Origin: Alphaproteobacteria bacterium
GTDB taxonomy: Bacteria > Pseudomonadota > Alphaproteobacteria > SP197
Assembly: GCA_965228895.1 (NCBI GenBank)
Contig: OZ245842.1
Coordinates: forward strand, 1,824,001 to 1,888,000
Direction: 5' to 3'
Length of the DNA: 64,000 bases
A program made the position numbers and the translations under genes. This document shows positions 57,309 to 64,000 of this stretch, piece after piece. Every line of letters begins with the position of its first letter. Positions within the stretch are counted from its first letter, which is position 1. Under the pieces are notes generated by a model. The model did not search any database, was not told the origin of the DNA, and saw only the letters and a list, made by a program, of their open reading frames with translations.

Positions 57309-58262
57309 GTGGCGCCGCGCCGACTGCCGACCTTGAGCGCGCTGCGCGCGTTTGAAGCGGCGGCGCGTCACGGCAGTTTCAAGCTTGCCGCCCACGAACT
57401 GGCGGTCACCCCGACATCGATCAGCCACCAAGTGAAATCGCTGGAGGAGCAGCTCGGCCTGAAACTCTTCGAGCGTTTCAACCGCAGGGTCGAGCTGACA
57501 CAGGCCGGCGAGCACTACGTTGCCGCGCTGACCCGCGCCTTTGACGACATCGACGCGGCCACGCGTCAGTTGGGTGAGCATGGCAAGAGCGACGAGGGCG
57601 GACAGCGCCTCGTCATCGTCTGCAATCCCGGCTTTGTCGATTGTTGGCTGCGGGCGCGGCTCGCCGACTTTCAATCCCGCCATCCCGGTTTGTGGCCCGA
57701 GATCATTTCGTCCGATGCTACCCGTGAAGAACTGGCCGGGGGCGCACACATGGCTATTCACTATGGCCACCCATTGAACGGCCTGCGCTGCGAGCTCCTG
57801 ACGAAGACGAAGTACTTTCCGGTTTGCAGCCCCAAGCTCATGGAGGGCCCGCACGCGCTGACATCGCTTGCCAATTTGCGCCACCATACCTTGCTGCATG
57901 AGGCCGCCCCGCAGCATTGGGGCCAGTGGCTGAAGGACGCCGGTGCGCCTGCCGGCATTGACTGGCGGGCCGGGCCCGTCTTTCACAGTTCCGTCCTTGT
58001 GATCGAGACAGCGGTCGCGGGGCACGGCGTCGCCATGGCCGATGAGCTGATCGCCGGCGACCACTTGAAAGCCGGCCGTCTGGTCAAACCCTTCGGTCTG
58101 ACGCTGGATGCGGCCCAGGCCTGCTACCTCGTTGCGCCAAGAGGCGGTGCGACACCGCAGGGAATTGACGTGTTTCGTGACTGGCTGATCGACCAGATCG
58201 CGCGCTTCAAACCTGTGATGGACGATCTGGCCAGAAACGAACCCTACCGGCGCCCTGCCTGA
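57309..58262 (+). CDS. LysR family regulator (GcvA-like)
   Basis: LPTLSALRAFEAAARHGSFKLAAHELAVT..SISHQVKSLE. Confidence 0.93.
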   Translation: MAPRRLPTLSALRAFEAAARHGSFKLAAHELAVTPTSISHQVKSLEEQLGLKLFERFNRRVELTQAGEHYVAALTRAFDDIDAATRQLGEHGKSDEGGQRLVIVCNPGFVDCWLRARLADFQSRHPGLWPEIISSDATREELAGGAHMAIHYGHPLNGLRCELLTKTKYFPVCSPKLMEGPHALTSLANLRHHTLLHEAAPQHWGQWLKDAGAPAGIDWRAGPVFHSSVLVIETAVAGHGVAMADELIAGDHLKAGRLVKPFGLTLDAAQACYLVAPRGGATPQGIDVFRDWLIDQIARFKPVMDDLARNEPYRRPA

Positions 58263-58276
58263 ACCGCGAATTCGCA

Positions 58277-58289
58277 TGAGTTGAATTCA
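58277..58289. promoter_or_regulatory. Possible LysR T-N11-A box upstream of the desaturase-like gene
   Basis: TGAGTTGAATTCA dyad between the LysR stop and the next start. Confidence 0.4.
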
Positions 58290-58384
58290 CCCGAGCGACT
58301 GCGATATGCTCGTTTGTCGCGGCATGAAGCAAACTCTAGTGTCGGGTCACAAACGGGCCGCCGCGGTTCGCGTTGGAGTACGCC

Positions 58385-59338
58385 ATGCAAGAGAGTTTTG
58401 CCGTTCGCGCCGGTGTCGCGCCCGAGCGCCTTAGAGAACTGACAAAGAAGTCCGATGTTCGCGGCGGGCTACAGCTCGCCAGCCACCTGCTTGCCATGGT
58501 CGCGACCGGCTGGTTGCTGTGGCTGACCTGGGGCACGTGGTGGGGCGTGCCGGTCTTCATGATCCACGGCCTTTTGATCAACTACCTCTATGCTGCCCAG
58601 CATGAATCGAGTCACGAGACCGTCTTTCGCGTCCGCTGGATGAACGAGTGGCTGGGGCGGTTTACGGGCTTTGTGCTGATGTATCCGCGCGACTATGACC
58701 GTTGGCAGCACCTGACCCATCATCGCAACACCCAGGACCCCGAGAAGGACTCGGAGTTGCTCATTACGGGTCTTGGCAGTGGACTGTTCGGTTATCTCTT
58801 GGCGCTCAGCGGCATCAGTCTGTGGCTCGGTCTGGGCAAGACCATGATCCAGCACGCGCTTGGCAAGGCGCCGGCCAACAAGTCGGAATACTATCTGACC
58901 GATCAGCAACAGCGGGCGGTGATCGCCGAGGCGCGCTGGCATCTGGCCGGTTATGCCTTGATCGCGGTCGTCTCGATCCTGTTTGAGACCTGGGCGGCGG
59001 TCATTCTGTGGGTCGCCCCGACCGTGGCGATGGCCTGGACCCATCAACTGCAGAACTACATCGAACACACCGGCCTGCCGACCGGCGGCAAGGACATCTG
59101 GACCAACACGCGGACGGTAAAGACCAATGCCTTCATGCGTTGGCTGTCATGGGGGATGGTCTACCACGCTGCCCACCACACCTATCCGGCCGTGCCGTTT
59201 CATCGGCTCAAGGCGTTGAACGACGCGCTGGTCACCGCGCGCGGCGGGCCCTCGCCGACTGACAGCTATCTCGCGTTTCAGGCCAAGACGATCGCGGCGT
59301 TGGCTCGGGGCACCAAGGACGCCGACGCCTACGTCTAG
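58385..59338 (+). CDS. Membrane fatty-acid-desaturase-fold diiron enzyme (MocD-like)
   Basis: His boxes QHESSH, HLTHH, YHAAHH; DPEKDSE; TM segments. Confidence 0.85.
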   Translation: MQESFAVRAGVAPERLRELTKKSDVRGGLQLASHLLAMVATGWLLWLTWGTWWGVPVFMIHGLLINYLYAAQHESSHETVFRVRWMNEWLGRFTGFVLMYPRDYDRWQHLTHHRNTQDPEKDSELLITGLGSGLFGYLLALSGISLWLGLGKTMIQHALGKAPANKSEYYLTDQQQRAVIAEARWHLAGYALIAVVSILFETWAAVILWVAPTVAMAWTHQLQNYIEHTGLPTGGKDIWTNTRTVKTNAFMRWLSWGMVYHAAHHTYPAVPFHRLKALNDALVTARGGPSPTDSYLAFQAKTIAALARGTKDADAYV

Positions 59339-59352
59339 TGGTGTCGGCGATG

Positions 59353-59799
59353 CTACTGCGTCACGACGTCTTTGATCACGTCCAGGATGTAGCGGGTGCC
59401 GGCGCGAATCAGGACCACATCACTACCGACGATCACGCGCTCGGTGCCCGGAAAGGGCGCTGGTAACTGGTAGACGAGATCGCCGGGCAGGGCACGCATG
59501 GCCAAGCCCGGCGGCAAGGTCCCATTGCGCTGAACCTGCTTGGCAAGACCGGGCGGCAACTGCGCGCGTTTCGCGAGGCCGGGCGGCAGGCCCTTGTTTT
59601 TGTTCTTGTTCTTTCCATGTCCACCTTGGTCGTGCGATTCCAGACCAAAGTACTCTTCGATGATGACTCGCTCGACCTCATCGAAAATGATATCGACCAC
59701 ATCGTCGTTGGAGAGACCGCTGTCCGCTCTGGCCGGATGGGTCAGGCCGGCGAGCAAGGCGCCGCTCGAAAACGATAACAGAAACGACCGCCGGTTCAT
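59353..59799 (-). CDS. Tat-exported CigR/RcnB-like protein
   Basis: MNRRSFLL Tat signal; three LPPGLA repeats; C-terminal IVGSDVVLI...ILDVI. Confidence 0.7.
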   Translation of the reverse strand: MNRRSFLLSFSSGALLAGLTHPARADSGLSNDDVVDIIFDEVERVIIEEYFGLESHDQGGHGKNKNKNKGLPPGLAKRAQLPPGLAKQVQRNGTLPPGLAMRALPGDLVYQLPAPFPGTERVIVGSDVVLIRAGTRYILDVIKDVVTQ

Positions 59800-59977
59800 G
59801 ATTTCGCCTCCTTCGCGCGCCATGGTCCACGTCCTACCACGAGGCCGCAAATTCTCCAGCCAATGACGGTTCCAGGGTGACTTCGATCACACCCATAGGG
59901 CCACCCCGCGGAGGGTCGGCCGCGATTGCGGCGAAACCGAGCGCACAGACTGAAAGGGACAGATTTTGCTACTTAAG

Positions 59978-60541
59978 ATGCTACTTAAGACAGGTATAAG
60001 ACTTGCGACTCTCCTCCTGGGCGTGACGCTCTTGTTCTCGCCCGCTACCGCGGAAGATATGGAAAACATGCTCTATCTTGACCTCAAAGATGGCCGCGTG
60101 GTCATCAAGCTGCGCCCCGATCTGGCGCCCAATCATGTTGAGCGGATCAAGGAACTGACACGCCAGGGTTTTTACGACGGCGTCGTGTTCCATCGCGTCA
60201 TCGACGGTTTCATGGCCCAGACCGGCGATCCGACCGGCACCGGCATGGGTGGGTCCGGTCAAAACCTGGATGCCGAATTCTCCAGCGCGCCCCATGTACG
60301 CGGCGTCCTGTCGATGGCCCGCGCCCAGGACCCGAACAGCGCCGACAGCCAGTTCTTCATCGTGTTTGAGGATTCACGGTTCCTGGATGCCCAGTACACG
60401 GTTTGGGGCGAGGTGGTCGAAGGCATGGAGTTCGTCGACAAGATCAAACGCGGTGATCAGAACAACAACGGCTCGGTGACGGATCCGGACACGATCATCC
60501 GCATGCAAGTCGCCGCCGATGCTGACGCCGAAAGCAGCTAG
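59978..60541 (+). CDS. Cyclophilin-type peptidyl-prolyl isomerase, periplasmic
   Basis: Signal peptide; APNHV, FYDGVVFHRVIDGFMAQTGDP, SMAR, SQFFI. Confidence 0.95.
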   Translation: MLLKTGIRLATLLLGVTLLFSPATAEDMENMLYLDLKDGRVVIKLRPDLAPNHVERIKELTRQGFYDGVVFHRVIDGFMAQTGDPTGTGMGGSGQNLDAEFSSAPHVRGVLSMARAQDPNSADSQFFIVFEDSRFLDAQYTVWGEVVEGMEFVDKIKRGDQNNNGSVTDPDTIIRMQVAADADAESS

Positions 60542-60588
60542 CCGGCTGGCGTTTCGGCGCCTCGTGAACTAGACTTCGTTCAATCGTT

Positions 60589-60630
60589 GGGACCGACTTG
60601 GCGCCAGCCGGGTCGGTCCCTTGTTTTTTT
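60589..60630 (+). terminator. Intrinsic terminator-like hairpin between the two PPIase genes
   Basis: GGGACCGAC...GTCGGTCCC followed by TTGTTTTTTT. Confidence 0.7.
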
Positions 60631-60640
60631 GGAGTATCCC

Positions 60641-61069
60641 ATGAGCCAGGCAAAGAGCGGCGACACCGTAAAGGTCCATTACACGGGCACACTGGACGAT
60701 GGCCGCCAGTTCGACAGTTCTGTGGGTAGCGATCCACTGGAGTTCACGCTGGGCGGCCGCCAGGTTATCGCCGGCTTTGAGAGTGCGGTGACCGGTATGG
60801 CCGTCGGCGACAGCAAGACCGTCACCATCGAAGCCGACGATGCCTATGGCAGCCACAATCCAGCGATGGTGCAGACGGTTGGCCGTGACCGGTTCCCGGC
60901 CAATGTCGAGATTGCGGTCGGCATGCAGTTTCAGGCAAGCGGCGAGGGTGGTCAGCCCATGGCTGTCACCGTGGTCGAGGTGGCCGATGATCAGGTGACC
61001 GTCGATGCCAATCACGCGCTGGCCGGTCAACGCCTGACCTTCGCCTTGGAGCTTGTGGAAATCGTCTAG
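60641..61069 (+). CDS. FKBP-type peptidyl-prolyl isomerase (SlyD/SlpA-like, no His-rich tail)
   Basis: VKVHYTGTLDDG.QFDSS, VIAGFE, AYG, VDANHALAGQRLTF. Confidence 0.93.
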   Translation: MSQAKSGDTVKVHYTGTLDDGRQFDSSVGSDPLEFTLGGRQVIAGFESAVTGMAVGDSKTVTIEADDAYGSHNPAMVQTVGRDRFPANVEIAVGMQFQASGEGGQPMAVTVVEVADDQVTVDANHALAGQRLTFALELVEIV

Positions 61070-61101
61070 GGCGGGTGGGCCGCGCGGAGCGGCGCTGACC
61101 T

Positions 61102-63015
61102 CTAGTCGCTTATGCGTGCCGCGGCCGCTGGCTGGTTGACGTGGCGGACGAGATCTTCGGCCTTGTCCGCAGGCACAGGCCGCCCCAGCAGATAGCCTTG
61201 CGCGAGGTCGCAGCCGAAGGCCTCGGCCAAGACACGTTGGGCGTCGGTTTCGACACCTTCGGCGACAACGGTCATGCCGATCTTGTGGGCGAGGTCGGTG
61301 ATGGCCTGAACGATGACGCGGTTGCCGCGTTTGTTCTCCATGTCGGCGACAAAGCTGCGGTCGATCTTTAAGGCGTCGTAAGGCATGGCATGCAGGTGCC
61401 CGAGCGACGTGTAGCCAGCGCCAAAGTCATCGATCGAGATATGCAGGCCCATGGCGCGCAACGCGTCCAGGGATACAGAGGCCAGCTCAGGGTTCTCGAC
61501 CATGAAGGTCTCGGTAATCTCCAAACGCATTTTCTCAGGCGCGATGTCGTGAGTTTCAATAACGGTTCGGATGTCGTCGACCAGGTCGTTATCGGCGAAC
61601 TGGCGCGGCGAGATGTTGACGGCGACGAACAGGTCGTCGTTGATCTTCGACCATTCGGCAATATGGGCGGCCGCCTGGTTCAGCGCCCATCGGCCTAGCG
61701 GGATGATGAGATCGCTGTCTTCGGCGATCGGGATGAACTGGTCAGGTGGAATCGGGCCAAAGTCGGCGTGATGCCAGCGGGCCAGCGCCTCGAACCCGGC
61801 CAGGCGCCCGCGTCGCAGATCGAGAAGCGGCTGGTAATACAGTTCAAGCTCGTCGTTCTTTAGCGCCAGTCTCAGATCGTTGTCGATCCGCAGGCGGGTC
61901 TCCGTGCGGTCACGCATCTCCGCATCAAAAACCGCGATACCGTCATGGGACTCATAGCGCGCGCATTCCAAGGCCACCCGGGCGCCACGCAGCAATTCGT
62001 CCAGATCGGACGCTTTGCCGCTGCCAAGGATGATGCCGATGGCGGGCTGCAAAACGAACTCGCCGCTGCCAACCTGGAACGGTTCGCGCAACGACGCGTG
62101 AACGCGATCGGCAATCACGCGGCTTTCCTCCGCATCGCTGATGCCATCGAGCAGACAGGCGAAGGTGCAGCCTTGCAAATGGGCCACCGTGTCATCAGGC
62201 CGCAGCAGGTGCTCAAGGCGTCGCGCGGCGGCAATCAGGCCGTCGTCGTCGGGCCCAACCGGCAGACCGCGCTCGCTGCCGGAGCGCCCGGCAAGGTCGA
62301 CCAGGAAGATCGAAAAGAGATGGGAACGGTCGCGCACGCAGTGTCGTAGCGCCTGAAGGGCGCGATCGCGAAACAAGGTGGTGTTGGGCAGGCCGGTCGT
62401 CGGGTCGTGCAGGATGCTGTGTTCCAGCCGGCGCTCGCGCACCTTGCGTTCGGTGATATCGCGGTAGCAGATGATACGGCCGCCGTCGCTGGTCATCCGG
62501 GTCGAGACGTGGAGCCAGCGACCGGTCGGCGCCATCTCTTCGTAGTCGCAAGGTGCTGCTTGATGCAGGGCTATGCGGCGAACGGCGGCGCGCCGGTGCT
62601 CCGGAAGATCGGCCGTACCGGCTTCGGGCATGCGGATGACTTGACGCTGGCCGTCGCGCATGACGATCACGTTTGTCGGCAAAGCGCTGTACTGGGCGCC
62701 GTGGACCGCCAGTTGTTCGACGAGCTCGGTCATGGTCATGCCGATGCGTATGTCGGCGGCGGCGCTGCCAAACAGGCCGGCCAAACGCCGATTGGCGGCA
62801 ACGACCTGATCATCCCTGTCCAAAATCAGCAGACCATCGGGCAGACTGTCGATGACGTCGATCAAGGTCGCTTGCGGTGTTGCCGCCAAGACATCGACCG
62901 AATTGGCGTCGCTCAGGGCAGGGCCTAGCGGGTCGCTCGGTGTTTCGGCGCGGGCGCCGGTTGCTACGTTCTCACGGGGCATACGACTATCGATTTTGCT
63001 GCGGGCATGTCGCAT
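61102..63015 (-). CDS. PAS - degenerate GGDEF - EAL c-di-GMP phosphodiesterase
   Basis: PAS (LPDGLLILD...RDITERK), QGCTF in place of GGDEF, FEALARW, IDDFGAGY, LKIDRSF, VAEGVE, QGY; start may be 62982. Confidence 0.92.
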   Translation of the reverse strand: MRHARSKIDSRMPRENVATGARAETPSDPLGPALSDANSVDVLAATPQATLIDVIDSLPDGLLILDRDDQVVAANRRLAGLFGSAAADIRIGMTMTELVEQLAVHGAQYSALPTNVIVMRDGQRQVIRMPEAGTADLPEHRRAAVRRIALHQAAPCDYEEMAPTGRWLHVSTRMTSDGGRIICYRDITERKVRERRLEHSILHDPTTGLPNTTLFRDRALQALRHCVRDRSHLFSIFLVDLAGRSGSERGLPVGPDDDGLIAAARRLEHLLRPDDTVAHLQGCTFACLLDGISDAEESRVIADRVHASLREPFQVGSGEFVLQPAIGIILGSGKASDLDELLRGARVALECARYESHDGIAVFDAEMRDRTETRLRIDNDLRLALKNDELELYYQPLLDLRRGRLAGFEALARWHHADFGPIPPDQFIPIAEDSDLIIPLGRWALNQAAAHIAEWSKINDDLFVAVNISPRQFADNDLVDDIRTVIETHDIAPEKMRLEITETFMVENPELASVSLDALRAMGLHISIDDFGAGYTSLGHLHAMPYDALKIDRSFVADMENKRGNRVIVQAITDLAHKIGMTVVAEGVETDAQRVLAEAFGCDLAQGYLLGRPVPADKAEDLVRHVNQPAAAARISD

Positions 63016-63404
63016 AGAGAGATCTAAAATGTCTGAGTTCCAACTCGAGATCGAATAGAATATCGCCTATTTATACAATATTTCATATATTTAGGAAAGC
63101 TTCTTAATATTGTCATCAAAGCTGCTGTTTTGGCGACGCTCACAACGACCTCTCACCAACGCAAGACGACTCTACCACTTTCGAGTGGTCGCGCATGGAG
63201 TCGTCCTCATCCACGCGCGCCATACGGCGCGCCGCCTGCGTCATCGGCCTTGGTCGGCCGGCATTGGCGGCATGGCGCGAGGACGCGAGGTGGCGGTTGA
63301 ACGGACACCAACTGCGTGCTGGACATCGGCGGGGGACAGGGATTTCATGCGCTCATGTGCTTCATCATCGGGGTGCAGCCCATGGCCAACGAGAGGACGT
63401 TCCC

Positions 63405-64000
63405 ATGACAGACAAGAAGGGTTTGCCGCTGACACGTCGGCAGTTCGGCAAGGGCGCCGCAGCAGCCGGCGCCGCAGCAGCAGTCGCAAGCGGTGTGCCG
63501 AGCCATGTCGAGGCAGCCGGCGATTCGCTGAGAGTACGCAACTATTCGGATATCCAGGTTCTCGATCCCGGCTACATCCTGTCGGCGCCCGAGTCCGACG
63601 TGAACCTTTGCATGCTGAATGGCCTTGTCACGTTCAAGCCGGGCGAGGATTGGGGTTGGCAGCTCGATGCCGCCGCCGAGATCAATCAGGACGACGATAC
63701 GCATATCTCGTTCACGATGAGGAACGATATCGGTTGGACCAACGGTTTCGGCGAAATGACCGCCGACGACGTCAAGTTCTCCTACGAGCGCATCGCCGAC
63801 CCGGCGATGGAATCGCCCTATTCAGAGGATTGGATTGCGCTGGACCATGTCGAGGTCAAGGACGACCGCTCCGGTGTCATCGTCCTCAAGGAGCCTTATG
63901 CGCCGTTGTGGACGACGACCCTGCCGACCGGGCGCGGCATGATTGTCAGCCGCAAGGCAGTCGAGGCACTGCCCAACCAGCGTTACGAAGCCGAACCGCC
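63405..64000 (+). CDS. ABC transporter family-5 substrate-binding protein, Tat signal, 3'-truncated by window edge
   Basis: Hand translation from ATG 63405: MTDKKGLPLTRRQFGKG...SDIQVLDP...FKPGEDWGWQLDAA...DDVKFSYERI; absent from ORF track because there is no stop. Confidence 0.9.
   Translation, partial: MTDKKGLPLTRRQFGKGAAAAGAAAAVASGVPSHVEAAGDSLRVRNYSDIQVLDPGYILSAPESDVNLCMLNGLVTFKPGEDWGWQLDAAAEINQDDDTHISFTMRNDIGWTNGFGEMTADDVKFSYERIADPAMESPYSEDWIALDHVEVKDDRSGVIVLKEPYAPLWTTTLPTGRGMIVSRKAVEALPNQRYEAEP

Noticed and set aside
56268-58277. 669-aa minus-strand ORF
   Set aside because: Antisense to the well-supported ureohydrolase and LysR genes.
59973-59988. CtrA box
   Set aside because: TTAA half-sites are 8 bp apart rather than 7 and are explained by the tandem duplication.
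1-64000. CRISPR arrays, rRNA genes, transposases, prophage genes
   Set aside because: No regularly spaced repeats or corresponding motifs seen by eye; short or degenerate cases could have been missed.

Overview
GC-rich chromosomal window from an alphaproteobacterium. The DUF1476/zeta, purB, radC-map-sfsA, cinA-like and DUF1127 genes point to that class. A marine or Rhodospirillales-like host is plausible from the dddP-like and methylamine genes but is inference only. Housekeeping anchors (purB, ddl, radC, map, sfsA, hemN, two PPIases, tRNA-Leu(TAA)) are interleaved with accessory catabolic and envelope genes. The main accessory blocks are: (1) a three-gene membrane module with a MotA/TolQ/ExbB-type subunit, an Asp-bearing single-TM partner lacking ExbD/OmpA-like domains, and a 2-TM Pro-rich protein (29907-31733); (2) an eight-gene minus-strand cluster for an unknown amine (Tat SBP, CocE hydrolase, TMADH-like flavoprotein, non-pyrrolysine MttB, Rieske oxygenase, 2-hydroxyacid dehydrogenase, HpaB-like, RidA), facing a PLP decarboxylase; (3) a DUF547/GT-C/GT2 glycosylation-like operon; (4) a Rieske-TauD-ACAD cluster divergent from a GpuA-like ureohydrolase, LysR and desaturase-fold gene. 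Non-coding signals are two MITE-like inverted-repeat elements, a candidate sRNA, two FNR-type boxes, a MarR-type operator and an AT-rich synonymous patch inside a gene. No CRISPR array, rRNA, transposase or integrase was seen. All family calls come from motif recognition by eye, not database searches.
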